Shown: positions 38,501 to 52,083 of the stretch, one piece after another
Layout: every line of letters begins with the position of its first letter
Numbering within the stretch: the first letter of the stretch is position 1
Assembly (NCBI GenBank): GCA_004022145.1
Contig: RCNU01000005.1
DNA from: Paecilomyces variotii
Lineage: Eukaryota
Direction: 5' to 3' (one strand)
DNA: 64,000 nucleotides
The notes under the pieces: model-generated
Told to the model about the DNA's origin: nothing
Database searches by the model: none
The model's input: the letters and a program-made list of their open reading frames with translations, nothing else
Made by a program: the position numbers and the translations under genes

Positions 38501-39265
38501 TGTCAATTGCGGCTATCAGCGCGCTTTTGACCATCAAAGCAAGCGATGTCCCTCCCAGTGTCCAGCAGGGATGGCCCAGATTGTTGCAGGGTTTAACAAG
38601 GCTCTTCCAGACTCTCCCCGCCGCTATCAAGCGTAAGTCTGCTTTTGTCAGATCACATGATACGTCGTGCTAATCTTTTGATTTTCCAGACCGCGAGGAG
38701 GCCACCCAGGAGTCCGATTTCACCCTTGATGATGAAGGAGAAGAGTTTGACGAGGAGAATGACTGGGGTGAGGTTGAGTGGACGGAAGGAGACGAAGCTG
38801 AGGGAGGCCTGGATGGAGATGTCGCTGACGAGAGCGCTGCATACCTCGAGTTCCTCAACCAGGAGGTTTGTTTTTTCTTCTTTCTGTCCTGATCTACGTT
38901 CTTAGCTAATTTCTCGACCAGGCTCAGAAGTTTGGCTCTTTCGCCGATGATGACGACGACGACGAGCTCGATGAGGAGAGCCTTTTGGAGACACCACTGG
39001 ACAAGGTGGAGCCGTATGGCATGTTCAAACATGTCCTGATGAGTAAGTTTTCCCATTCGTCCCAGGAAGTGCGACACTGATACTGACTACGCCGGCAGAC
39101 CTTCAACAGGAGCAACCCGAACTATATGAGACGCTTACGAAGATCCTGAACCCGGAGGAGCAACAGATCATCCAAGGAGTCATCCACGAAGCGGACGCAA
39201 AGGCTCTGGCCGCTGCAAACGCGGAAGCTGCTGCTGGTATGCAGGCCAACGGCGTCAGCCAATAA
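35596..39265 (+). CDS. NMD5: Importin-7/8 family karyopherin (Nmd5/Sxm1, KapD-like)
   Basis: IBN_N start (RRQAEIDLK..VYLKNRV), DFPEKWP, HWWKCKKWSYANLNRLFIRYG, GFLRARAC, RVHDKKLSI, acidic C-terminal loop; multiple GT-AG introns; TAA 39263-39265. Confidence 0.93.
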
Positions 39266-40865
39266 GGCAAAAGCTTTTCTTTCTTGTCAGAAATATAAAT
39301 CACAGGAGGGAGGTTGTCGCATGAAACTTATATGGCAGCAAGACACGCTGCCTAACGGCTAAAATGACGGGATGTCGGGTTTATCATATTTTTTGGTAGT
39401 ATTTTCTTTTCTCTCTCTATCTCTCTCTCTCTCTGTATCCTGTTTCTGTCCGGGATCAATACCCACCGCTATGCAGTTGCAGAGGCTCGCACGCTCGGTC
39501 ATTTTTCATCTAGATTGGACGGCGAGCCCCGAGAATACTGTTCATGCTTGCACTTTCCTAAAAAGCCATTTGCACCCAAGCCCTTTGGACTGCACCGATT
39601 CCCCTTCCGTATTCCTTGTCCTACTTCGGTATTCGTCGTGGAGATATGAGATTCGCATATTCCAGGAAAGCATCTTTGAAGCCATGCTCTTTCGTAAAGT
39701 GAGTCGTTCTTCCGTCGAGACAACAGGACAGTAGGAGATATGTTGGGAATCGAAACGAGTTATGCCTTGGAGGAGACGATTGATATAATTATGTGTTCTG
39801 GAGGTTTGATATATATCTAGAATTTCACAGTGTTCAAACTACAGCATTCAATCATCCCTTCCAACAGGTTCTCGCAGCCTTCCCCGTCAATTCCAAAAGT
39901 AATAACCGACATCTGCAATGATTATTACCATTATTTTTACATGCCTTTTCCTGCATGTCGGTTAACTAATCACTTAGTCAAACTTCAACAAAGTAGGATG
40001 CGGTGCAAACAACACAAACACTCCCTCCTATGGCGTCATTGATCCCGCTCATCAACGCCCGAGGAGCTATGTCGCTGCCACTGGTCAACATTAGAAGAGA
40101 GTAAATGAGTACCATATGAATTACTCAAAATAAACTGCACAACTGAAATAACAATCAAACTACAGTAAATCAGAGCACTCTAAGATCCCGGAGCACAGTC
40201 CACCGAACACTCTCTGTACTAGTTAGGTAGGTATGCCCAGTTACTCTATCTAGATAGTCTATGGTAGGTATGTTCTCATAACATAGGTACTCCAGACCAG
40301 ACTAAAACGTCATAATGATGAATGACGTTATGCTCAACTCAACTCAAGGAACTGCCAATTAATACTCTGACTAGCTATGCTACTTTTCTTTTTCACCGGT
40401 GAAAACTAAAAAGAGCAGAGCAGTGAATTGACAAAGTCAAGTGGAGAAAATAATTGGAGTCTTGGTGTCGTCGGTGGGAATTGCGTCTTAGTTGAAGTAT
40501 TAAAGAACTTGGATTTCGTCTGGTTGAAATATCGAGATACTACCTGTCTACTATCTACCATCACCATCACCATCACCACTACTACTACTCCTACTGCTGC
40601 TGAAGAACTCGAGGATTCTCTTCGAGGAGAAGTCAAAGGTATGTAATTGATTACACTCCCTCTCTTCCCTTCTTTCTTTTCTTTCTTTCATCCATCCACA
40701 TCCCATCCATACAACCCATCACTACTATCTATCTACGTCACACCCATCCTCAACCCTCATCTCATCCCCAAAACTAACACCCTCCAAACCCAGACCAAAA
40801 CCACCCTTTTCAAAACCACCCAAAAAACCAAACCACCCACAACGCTCAACTTCCTCTTCCACATC

Positions 40866-41087
40866 ATGTCTGCCCCCCGCGGTGGTCGTCAGTCTCCCGA
40901 CCCGGAGCGCCAGTCCGGCGCACAGCTGCAAGAAGTGCCTGGATCAGGCCACACTCGTCCCGAACAAGCTCCCTCGCCCGAACACGCCCAGAAGTCATCT
41001 AATGAGACTAAGGAGCATGGATTGGAGAGTAACCCTGTGCATCCGCTCGAGAAGATTGAGGCGGACAAGTTTTCAAAGAAGCATTGA
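40866..41087 (+). CDS. Small hydrophilic protein (73 aa), possible stress/conidial protein
   Basis: ATG in good context (ACATCATGT) after a C/A-rich leader; MSAPRGGRQSPDPERQSGAQ...GLESNPVHPLE..KFSKKH, whose GRQSP-PE-Q and L-SNP--P motifs I recognise from small fungal hypothetical proteins. Confidence 0.75.
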   Translation: MSAPRGGRQSPDPERQSGAQLQEVPGSGHTRPEQAPSPEHAQKSSNETKEHGLESNPVHPLEKIEADKFSKKH

Positions 41088-41621
41088 TTAGTTGATTTGA
41101 TTGATTGATTGATTGCGATTGAGAATGGGGAATGGAGAGGGGGTCTTTTTGAACTACGTGGAGGTGTCTCTCTATATATATTTATGGGAGTGTTTTAAGA
41201 AAATGATTCCGGGTTTGATGGTTTGATTATGAATGGGTAGTACTACTACAACCTACGAATATACGTGTATTAAGGATAATCAATCTTTATTATTTGAGTC
41301 TTCTTATCGTATCTCTTTTGCTATGGAGACCTTGATTCTCTAGCTGTAATTGAAATCTTGCCCATGGAGAAGATTGCAACACGATGTTTGGTGAATTGCG
41401 ACAGCTATTCAGAGATGTTACGAATCTAAGCTACAGAAAAGAGGATGTGATCGAAATGTCGACCGTTCATTAATTCACCAGAGAAAAGAATATCGGGTAA
41501 TCACGCTTGCAAGAAGGTCATCACAGCAATTTCATGCATAGCAAACAGCTTCGTGCCCAAAACAGCGCAATGAAAGAAGGGAAAAGAAATGCATGCTTCT
41601 CATTCATTTGACAAAGCTCAC

Positions 41622-42542
41622 TTAAGCCTTGGGAGCTTCGGCAGGAGCGGTGTCCGTAGCACCAGCAGGGGCACTAGAAGAAGTCTCGACGGGCTTCTCG
41701 TCCGTGTCGGAGATCTTTCCACTCTTCAGATCGGCCAGACGTCGGGCCTCGGCGTGGATGTCGCGCACCTGCTTGTCGGTCTTGACGTAGAAGTCGCGAA
41801 CCTTACGGCCAGTCGGGGTGCCGAGCGCCTTCTCAAAGTAGGAGTTGAGACCCTTCCAGCCGCTGGTGGCCTTGTCGGTGATCTTGTAGCTCTCATCGAG
41901 TCCCTTGGCACGCTCTGTAGCCTGGTACTTCTTGTCGAAGTTGGACAGGGCAGTGGTGAAGCGGTTGGAGATGCCGTGCTTCTGGTCCAGGGCGATGGCC
42001 TTCTGGATCGCCTGGTCGCTGACTACATAGCCATGTGCAAGGTATTCGGCAATGATTCGAGAGCGTGGCTTGTCCTCTTGGTCGAGCTCGTGGTGGTTCT
42101 CGTCCTTGGCGTCACTGGCGCTGGCGGTCTGGGGACCAGCAATGTCGTCGAGGCTGTGGGCTGCAGTGACGTGTACAGTAGACGGACCAAGCTGAGTGTT
42201 GTCGAGGAGAAGAGCAGTCTTGGCAGCACTGTTTCACGAAAAATAAGTATCCGTGTAATTGAGTTGAGGACCGCAGCGGCCTCGTCTCTGGCGTGATTGC
42301 GGGGTAACTTACGTCTCCTTCTCGAAGTGAACGGTCGCGGACTTGGGGGCATTTGGCTCGCCAGACTCAGGCGTGACAGATAGCATAGTGATCTTTCCAC
42401 TATATAGGATATACTTGTCAGGATAATGCAATTGTGTGTGCGTTGGCTCAAGTACTCACCAGAAGCTGAAGAAGTCGCGAACTTCCTTGTCGCTGGTAGT
42501 GGGAGCGATGCCCGAGACGTGAACGGTGGTGGCCTCCGACAT
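41622..42542 (-). CDS. vip1: Vip1-like RRM-domain protein
   Basis: Spliced product MSEATTVHVSGIAPTTSDKEVRDFFSFCGKI..ATVHFEKETAAKTALLLDNTQLG, then QEDKPRSRIIAEYLAHGYVVSDQAIQKAIALDQKHG..VRDIHAEARRLADLK; two introns; TAA 41624-41622. Confidence 0.88.
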
Positions 42543-43149
42543 TGTGACAGAGATTATAGAACAGATAATAATGCTCGTAAGAGGTAGGTATAGGATGAAT
42601 TGATAGATGTAGGATGCTTTCTTGTTGATCGATGCACAGCAAAGATCGTCAATTTATACTTGTAGAGTCCAACCCCGGCGAGGGGCTGTGATCTGCTGGC
42701 CGGTTTTAGGAGGGACGCTGCGCCACGCGTGACGTATAGACAGCTGCACTAGCCACAGTCCGTCCGCATAGTAATAGCGCCCATTCAGGCAACCGCATTC
42801 GGGCTTTGCATGTGAACGCCGGACAATTCTCGGATTGCATTTGTGGCACAGCAACAATAATACTCGATACAAGAGATAAGTCGCTATTGATTCTATCGTT
42901 GCTACCTGCGTGATAAGACTGCTCCCAACAATTCAACGTGCAAGGCCATGACAATATCGAAGCGCGCCTGAAATCACTAGCACCAAAGAAAGTGGCAGAA
43001 GGCCGGGGAAAAGTGCTGGATCGTAGAACCATTTCGCCCGCGAAACATATTCTTGGTATCCCGCGCCGATCAATAATAATTCGTTTCCAATCCGCAATAG
43101 GCATAGAACTGCAAAAAGCAAAACCATCATAAACTCCGTAGGAACCCCT

Positions 43150-44286
43150 TTAGCGGCCGTCATCGAGAGCTGCATCGCGCATCCGGTCAACCAAACCAGA
43201 AGCGGCAACAGCGCTCTCGTTTTGTCCGCTCACTGGGTGAGACTCTCGTTCGCGATATGACTTCAGGTTGCTCTCGAGTTCGCGCACCCGACGGCGTAAC
43301 ATTTCGTTTTCTCTTTTGATCGATTCCAGTTCCGCACGATGGTATGCGGCTTCCTCATACCGAGACGTGCCTGTCGTGGACGAAACGGACGTCGTGCGCG
43401 GATGCTCTCCAGCTCCAGGCAAAGACTGCGAGAGCGATGAACGATGTGAGTGTCCGGGGAAATGTGGGAAGTGCTCTCCGTGCTGCTGTTGCAACGAGGA
43501 CGATAACGACGGAGAAGACCTGCCGGACTGTCGCTGGGAAGTAATCGATGGCTCCCGGCTGCGAGCTACTCGAGTGAAATCTCCCGACGGGCGTGTCGAG
43601 GGCAATGCGGCGTCTCGAGAAGGTGCAATACCCGTCACACTCCCAGTCCGGGCACTCTGAGCTAGAGGTAGGTGTGCACTGAGGTTGGAAGAGGACCGAT
43701 GTCGACGGGAAGCCGTGGGATGAATAGCACCGGAGATGTAATGCGAGCCATGCACAGCGTCCATAGAGTCATTGAGGTTCGTCGATGTTGACGACGCCGT
43801 GGAAGCGACAGAAGCGGTCTGCTGGCGCAGTTGAGAAAGCTCCCTTGTTAAACGGTTGACCTGTGGGAATTCAGCACCATCAGTGCACGTTCACATCTAC
43901 TGTACGGTAATCTTGAACGCGAAACTCACCATCCCCTCCTGTTCCTTCTCGAGCTCCAAGTGTAACTCTGCCGCCGTCAGAGGACGGGGGTGACGAAGGG
44001 GGCCTGTTATTATCGGTATTAGCTCGGATGTCCCAAGAAGCAATCGAGAAGAGCTGTCACTGAGGTAGTATGTACCGGATGCAATGGCAATCCCGTTCGT
44101 TGCATCACCATGCCCGTGCAGAGAGGCAACTGCACTAGGTGGACTAAACGGCACTGGAGGAGGACCCATGACTTGGGATACTCGTCGAGAGAATGTTGGA
44201 GGAGAGGAGTTCGTTGCTGCGGATGATGCAGAAGTAGCTGCTGGTGGACGTGGAGATGGAGGTACAGAGTTCAAATCGGGCGCCAT
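43150..44286 (-). CDS. Uncharacterised Ser-rich protein with two coiled coils
   Basis: ATG 44286 (MAPDLNSVPPSPR); two introns; GPLRHPRPLTAAELHLELEKEQEGMVNRLTRELSQLRQQ and SRYEEAAYHRAELESIKRENEMLRRRVRELE. Confidence 0.8.
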
Positions 44287-45209
44287 GGTTGCACAAACGG
44301 CGGGTCTGGTTGGTAGCTCACAGAGGGACTGATCGACCCGTGGGAAAGCGGGATAGAAAGCTGATCTTATAACCGTCGTGCACAATGAAAGCACGACAGG
44401 AGGTCGAGTGGAAGTTGACCCTGTGGTCAGATTCCACCGGTTTCAGATGTACGCAAGTATGGTGGTGGAGAGCTATGAGCTGTTCAGGTATCCGCCGGTC
44501 ATGCAATTTCCTGGACGACGACCATGCGACGCGTTGGACTTTAGGAAGCTACCCAGAGAAGGCTCTGAGGAAGCAGATGCATCTTGAATCAACAGAGCAG
44601 CTTTGTTGACGGGTGATTATTACTCTTTACGAAGGAGGGGGAATGTAATAAAGTCACTGGGCCGAGATGCGGGTTTGCAAGGGCGTCGTTGACGTTGACG
44701 CTAAAACAGCCCAAGTGTTGTTGATTGGCGCCATTGCAATTCACTGGATCCCTGGCCATCCTTTTCCACCGCATACGCACTCCATTGCGAAATGAATCTA
44801 TAGTATTACCCATGGTACGGTTAATCGTATTCTGGTCAGTAACATCACAGATTGGTTTATCGATCTATTGTTCTTGATGAATCATGTGATGGAACCCGTC
44901 CTGGATAGAACGGATGCAAGGATGCAAGCTCAGTTAACCTCTACTTATCTTATAAACTGCTGTAACGCACCCTAGTATCATCTATGGTACAGTTGCCCCA
45001 ATAAGAGTCATATTTCCAGCATCTTCCGCGTAGATATTGTATGTCTCCTTGCCCCTGGTTCGATGATTATCATTGAAGTTTATCTCACAAAGTTAACTTC
45101 TCTTATCGGCAGCCAAGAAGCTAGCTGAGCCAGCAGATCGTCAATCTCATTTAACTATCTCTCTATCGATGGATTATCAATGACGACATGAGCTAGGATA
45201 TGTCAATAA

Positions 45210-45720
45210 TCAATATCTTCCAATGCTATTTGTGCTCGAAGTGAACAATTTTGTAACGTCGGAGCTTAAATGATGTGAGACGCATTGGTACAGATCACGA
45301 AAGGTATCATCAGTAATGGCAGGGAATTTATCTCGATACTCCGCATCATATAGACCGGTAATAGCGCAGCAGAAGTTGTCTCTCTTGAGACAAAATGCTT
45401 TTAGCCGTTTCTGTTCTCTGCGAGTAGCAGATTCAGGAATCTCCTGTGCAACGTCGTCTGTATCCCCAAAGGGACTTGGTGTTACTGCAGGCGTCTTGCC
45501 ACCGCAAGCTCTCCTAAAAATTTTCCATATCAGCAATATTTCAAGATTGCACGTCAGCAACAGTTGTAAGACAGAAAATGGACTTACTCGGAGCTAAAAT
45601 TGCGGCATACAAGAGGTGACTTAGTTGGGAGAGTCCCGCTTGGTCCTGCTTCCCAAAAGACCAGTATTGCAATAAAGGTCATGTTTCCCTGCACTTGGGA
45701 GAATGAATTAAATAGAATAA
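45210..45720 (-). pseudogene. Truncated, frameshifted fungal HNH-endonuclease (HNH_2-type) gene remnant
   Basis: Across a GTAAGT..TTTAG intron (about 45587-45514) it reads LSQLSHLLYAAILAP-RRACGGKTPAVTPSP..EQKRLKAFCLKRDNFCCAITG, resembling the GGKTP and RD-x2-C-x-(I/V)TG lead-in of fungal HNH proteins. The upstream frame is broken by a stop, and the AHI(I/L)P nuclease core is absent. Confidence 0.6.
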
Positions 45721-47050
45721 TTTGCAGTAACCGATTTGAAAATTGTGGCAAGACAGGGCAATACATCAGCCTCTATTCCAATTCGGACAATTGTAAGGCA
45801 TTGTAGGTTGAGGAAGGTTGATTTCTCTAAGTCCTACTGCTAGCTGAGATATAGCTGGATATCTGCCGACAGAACTAAGGCTGTCGGCAAGCGGTACAGC
45901 CCACCATGCTGTATCTGCACCTTTCCGTCTGTGACAGATATGCGAGATCTCGTGGAGTCATGTCAGAGTTGTATATCGTTTAGTTGGCGAGTGCGAAATA
46001 TAAGAGCCCCGATGGCTACTTACAGAATGGCAGGCGTGGTTCACGGCCCAGGATGCGAGGTATTTGCAATATATAAGTAGAAGTAGTAAATCATTTACAC
46101 AATCAAGAAGAGTAGTCATGATTCCCTAATCTTGGGGTGGTGAAGTAACTAATTGAATGTGGATATAACTGCGAAGAAGGATCGATAAGCAAGGAGTAAA
46201 ATTCCTGTTAGGTAGAAGATAGGATATAGTTCGAAGATATAGCATATTCTCGATGCCGGTAATGTCCAATATTATACCGGTAATCGTGTGTGCCTTGAGC
46301 ACACTCGTCCTCGCTCACACGGTACTCGCCAAAGCCGGATATAGCAAGAATATCACCACCCGCTGTCTATGGAATAGCCATGGGTATTAGATGGAGATAG
46401 CATATGGATAGATTTCCAAGAAGACCAGGGGGAGTAAGAAACCTGCATACTGTTGAGGCGAATTATATAGTTTATGTACTAGTGCTGCTGTAACGTTATG
46501 GGAAAACCATATACGGTAGACATGATATATATTCTCTCATTCAGTCTGGAGTCTGCCATTATGAGAGGATAGAGATGGAAATGCGAATGCTTTGAGCTTT
46601 ATGAGGTCGAATCGACTGGCAGTGAACAATTGTGGTGAACAAAGAGGGTGAAGACAGGAAGAAGTCATGGAGGTGCTAAACCTGTTTGGAACCGACGATG
46701 AATAATAAGACTGGCTAACTAACTAACTAACTATCTAAGTTAATTATCGACCATCAAGTTCCTCTTTCAACAAGAGCTTTCCGGAGTCCCGGTCGATCGC
46801 AACTCCGGCAGATGATCGACCTTCCTTATTCGGATTGGGAAGATGTTACCTGATAATCATAACTAGCACCATCGCGCCTTTTATTTATGCCGCGCGATGG
46901 CCACGCTCCGATCCGAGATGGCCAAGCAGTAATCACGCAGGACGCTAACGGGGCCGCATTTCACATTTAAAGAGAAACATTTCCTGCCAGGTACGTAGTG
47001 GCGTTTGTCACCTCCTTCGGTTCAGGCGCGTATTACTCCGACGGGACAGG

Positions 47051-48939
47051 ATGGAGCTCAAGCTGGTCGCGTTTCTGCTTCTCCTGCTCCAGCTCGCGGC
47101 AGCTCGAACCTTGCGGTCGACCAAGGCGATCCGTAACAAGGTCAATTCCCGCAAACTCAACTGCGACGAGATTATTAGTTGACCATCTCACCAGGCACAG
47201 CTACAACCGGCTGTATTCCAGCAAGCAGACGTAGATCCCTCGCTATTGTACCCTGCTCACAACCTATCGGTGCCCATCGATCACTTCCACAACGAATCGA
47301 GATACGAACCGCATAGCGATGGAACGTTCAATCTCCGCTACTGGTTTGATGCTAGCCATTACAAGGCAGGTGGCCCAGTTATCATAATTGCGGCGGGGGA
47401 AACCGATGGGAGCGGTAAATACTCGCGTGTCGTATTTCTCCCGAGGACATCGCTGATGTGGTGCTACAGACCGCCTGCCGTATCTCCAGAAAGGAATCCT
47501 TGCTCAACTCGCGCAAGCGACAAATGGTATTGGTGTTGTGCTTGAGCACCGGTACTATGGACAGAGCTTTCCCACTCCTGATCTCTCGACTGAAAGTCTC
47601 CGCTTCTTGACCACGGAGCAGGCATTGGCGGATACTGCCTTCTTTGCCCGGAATGTCGTCTTTGAGGGACTCGAGGATCATAACCTCACCGCGCCAAATG
47701 TCCCGCATATTATCTACGGTGGCTCCTACGCAGGTGCATTCGCCGCACTCTCGAGAGTCATTTATCCCGACGTCTTCTTTGGAGCAATCTCATCGTCTGG
47801 GGTGACAAAGGCCGTCTATGATTATTGGGAATACTTCGAACCAATTCGACAGTTTGGCCCTCAGGATTGTATTGCGACTACGCAAAAATTCGTCCATATC
47901 CTAGACAACTTCCTCGGCAAGAATGACTCTACTCACGTAGAAGAATATAAGGATTTGTTCGGACTGGGAAACCTCACTTATGCTAACGACTTTGCGAATC
48001 TCCTGTCCTCTCCGCTTGGAGCGTGGCAGAACCGAAACTGGGACCCAGCACTGAATGACCCGACTTTCTCGTACTACTGTGGAAACATCACCTCCAGCTC
48101 GTTGCTCTACGCTGCGACGGAGAAGAAGGAATCTGCGGCCCTTCGATTGATCTCGGCTGGAGGATACAAGAACGAATCTTCGACTCTGACCCACCGTCTG
48201 CTCAATTTTGTCGGATATCTCAATTTGACCCAGGTGGGACCGTGTTTAAGCGGAGGTTCCAGCGCCGACGCCTGTTTCTCTGAGCACATAGTGGATAGCT
48301 ATACCAAGGATGATCTCAATCAAACATGGAGAAGCTGGGATTATCAATGGTGTACACAGTAGGTTCCCTGATCGAACCCCACGCCCGTTGCTAACTGTTG
48401 TAGATGGGGCTTTGTTATCACCGGCAGCGGTGTCCCCCGTAACCAACTCCCCTTGATTTCCCGCTCGATTGACATCCCGTATTACACAATACCATGCCGG
48501 TACGCTTTCAATATCACTAGTCCTCCTGATACCGAATCCATCAACAAATATGGGGGCTGGAACATCAGTTATCCCCGCCTGGCTATTATCGACGGACAAG
48601 CAGACCCGTGGAGACCTGCCACGCCCCATGCGGATCAGGCCCCGAAGAGACCCAATACGGTGGACAAGCCATTCATTCTTATCGAAGGTGCCGTACATCA
48701 CTGTAAGTATCAGATGGAAGCAGCAGGCATATATGATATGTGATCTAACGTTGTCGAAGGGGATGAGAACGGACTTTTCCCGAACGAGACGACCTCCACA
48801 CTCCCACCGAAGCCTATAGCCAACACTCAAAAGGAAGAACTTAAGTTTGTGAAGGAGTGGCTTCAAGGTATGTCTCCGCACAATCGCATGTGTTATCGAC
48901 AGTTGTAACTAAGCAAATATCATTGCAGAATGGGAGTAA
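47051..48939 (+). CDS. Secreted serine peptidase, MEROPS family S28
   Basis: Signal peptide MELKLVAFLLLLLQLAAA; PIDHF, LEHRYYGQSFP, LTTEQALADTAFF, catalytic GGSYAG, RSWDYQWCTQWG, DGQADPWR, GAVHHWDENG; five introns; TAA 48937-48939. Confidence 0.92.
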
Positions 48940-50024
48940 GTACTTTCTTCCTCTCACGAAGGTCACCTGTACATTCGAAGACCGGATATGAGATGTATAT
49001 AGATCGTACATCTGCTGCATACGTTATCACGTATTGGACATGACATATGCTTTCTATATCAAGGCCCATGCTTACATGTGCTCTGCAGTGAATCATCTCG
49101 GAACGCGAAGGTGGCATCTCAAATCATTGTTTCATCTTGGAGCTGACGAAGATGCTTGATTGTGCAACTATCTAGGGGCTGAGCTGAACTGATCTATCTG
49201 GCCACTACTCTGCTGACTAAGCTGGCTGCTGGCGCGGGCGACTACTACTGGAGCCCCTAGGGGCACCGAAATTTCATAAGCAGATTCTCGAAGCAATTGC
49301 ACTAAGTATCTTAGTCTACTCAGAGATCCGCTTGGAGTACATTCTCCTGCACAGAAAACAAGCATGGGATGTGAATAATGCGTCTTGGGTACCTAAGATA
49401 ATCATCAATACAATGATATAGAATAACTGCTAGCTGTACTTCGAGCTTTCTAACACGCTGCTCAAGAGGCTATATCCACTGCATCGGCTATCGCATAATA
49501 TTAATACTTAAATCTAAACAGTAATGACAGTCCTTGCTCTCTGGCTGTGAAATGCCGCCCAGAGCGCCTTCCACATCGGGAAGGACCCGCCCCTCAAGGT
49601 GGCTAGCGGACGCAGCTATTACTGAGATGATGGCTCAAGAACAGTGTTTTTTCTATATCTCCCCTCAGATTTAAGTAATCAATATCATAGTTCACCATGT
49701 GCGCGTTCCATGTGCGCTGACTCAGAAAAGAACATGAGAGATAGCTTATCTTTGTGTGTACCATGACATTCGTCGTGCAGCCGACTTGAAGAGATCAAGC
49801 AGACCGCATTATATGATAGCGACTGCTTATATCATTGCTACAATGTTCCCTGATATCTGATATGTGAACTGTACTTGCTTAACATAAAGAAGAATCGGAC
49901 GTAAGAGATCATATCCACCTGCTTGGGTATATGGCAGTGCCGGCCGCAAACCTTGAGATTAACCAATGAAGCCGACAGGCGCCAACTAACTGTACAATAC
50001 ACAGACCATCCACATACCGCCAAC

Positions 50025-52083
50025 CTATAAACTTGGCCTCCCAAGTGCAAGTGATCGCGCCATATCTCTCTCTGAGAATGGCGGGCGCCCATGTTGATTT
50101 ACCGCCAGCGGTACCATTTCGCGCATCCAGACGAAGAGATCCTCCAACCATTCTCTCTCAGGTCTATCGACAGGAAACCAAAGGTATGCTTGCCGCAGAG
50201 CAAACATCAATGCAGTGGCCCCTCGCCCACCGGGGGCAAAGAAGATGTGATATTCGACGCTTCGACAAATTCGACGGCAGATATCTTCCGTCTCTTCGTC
50301 TGATATGAGAGAGGATTCATGACCTATCCTCGAGAGTAATACCATAGACCCATAGTACAGGGTCATGCTATGCGCTAGGATGAAGTCGGGGTAATATATA
50401 CTTGTTTCTGAGCGTCCGTGGTTGTGCTCTTTAGGATGAGGGCATGGCGGCAGCTGGAAACCCTGTGTATCCCAGGACTGCCGTTGATCTTGCGGCAGAG
50501 TGGGCACTTCATAAGGCTGACCTTGGGCGTAATTATCAGCCCATTCTGCCTTCCACTCTCGGAGACGATCGACTACATCCGTTGCCTGAGAAACTAGCTG
50601 CTGCTGTAATCCATCAATTTCAGATAATGATATGTATTCCCAGAAGGCCTGCACCTCGATTCGAGAATACAGAGCAAAGATGCCTGCAATATCTGCAACG
50701 TGATCCAGCAGGCGGTGGAATATATTCTTGGACGGTACGTCTCGTGACCATGGCAGCGTCTTCCATTTATGATCAGAAAGAAAAGTGGGCTGCATTTTTA
50801 TCATGGAAGCGATTATCTGCAGCCAAGATTCACGTGTCAGCTCAGAGATTTTGCTTTTGAAGGCTTGCAGAGCCTGGTTCTGCTTACTCCATGTTCGCGA
50901 AAACAGAGAAAAAGCTCATGCTCGACTCCCAATGCGAAATCGTCTGGACCTTTGAGCTGGAACAGTTCCTCAGCACCATAAAGGTGATACAGCCAGCCAC
51001 AAGGTGTACTGTAATTGATCATCTAGTTCAGCAGATACCGCGTCCGCACAGAGTACGTTTTCAGGGACATAAAGCCTGGGATTCCCGACGGGAGTTAAGT
51101 ACCTCGAACAGCCATAAAATTAATGTTGTGCACAGGCTATCCGTTGACACTGTCCGGGTAGAAATTGATCGACGGAAGGTTTCCAGAGTAGCTGCGTACA
51201 TGGAGTGTCCCGTGGCTGTTATTCTTGCATCACCATGCAGTTTTCCAAAGGATGCCGTGGCAATGGAGTGTAGCGCTCGCCTCGAGTGTGGCAGAGACGA
51301 CATACTGCGTGCAACACTATATAACCAACGCATCTCATGGTGACTCAGGTCAGAATTGCAGCGCCAGTTGTCGTCCGGTGCAAAATGGGAAAGAAACGTG
51401 TCCAGGAAGACGTCCTGGAAGACTTCCAACGTGCCAGCTGATTCTGATAAGGCTGTATCATCAGAGCTATTCATTTGGCTCCCTAGCGATCCCGTTTCCG
51501 AACCCAGCGACTTGATATGATCGCAGGGACCTTGGTCATCATCATAGGATTCATCGTCGCTGCGTCTTCTCTTGCGGCCCGCATCTTGTCCCACATCATT
51601 TGGGTTGTCGGTGGGGGATATTGACAAATCGGTCTTCCCACGAAGCTGGGAGACGATCTTTGCAACTTCATCGGCAGATCCAAAGGCGATTTTATCAAGT
51701 GTCCTCAAAGCAGGATTTTGTTCGTCGGCCGTTGGCGTCTCACAGGATGTTTGATCTTCCGGATCTCCCTTCTCTAGAGCCTCAATCTTGTGTTTCAATG
51801 TCGCAATGATTTCGGCTTGTCTCATATACTTGCGACTCTCGACACTGGCGACATAAGTACATTCAAAGCCGTCCCCACGGCGGCAGCAAGCAGAGCATGG
51901 CTGGACTCTATCGCACTGAGAGAATACAAATCGTAAGTTTGGCCAGACACAATCGCGGAGTGTATATTCACTCACCTTCACCTTTCGTTTCCTGCAGTTG
52001 GTGCAAGAATGCTGGGTTCGATTCTTAACTACTCGCAGCCGGCCACGAGATTTGGTAATGTAATGCTTTGTACCATTTTCCAT
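50025..52083 (-). CDS. Zn(II)2Cys6 fungal transcription factor
   Basis: SCTNCRKRKVK(intron)CDRVQPCSACCRRGDGFEC binuclear cluster; C-terminal region with LWLFE, WLYHLYGAEELFQLKGP, PTFLSDHKWKTLPW, ICRRICRSVEY; three GT-AG introns give a continuous frame. ATG 52083 (or 52137). Confidence 0.88.
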
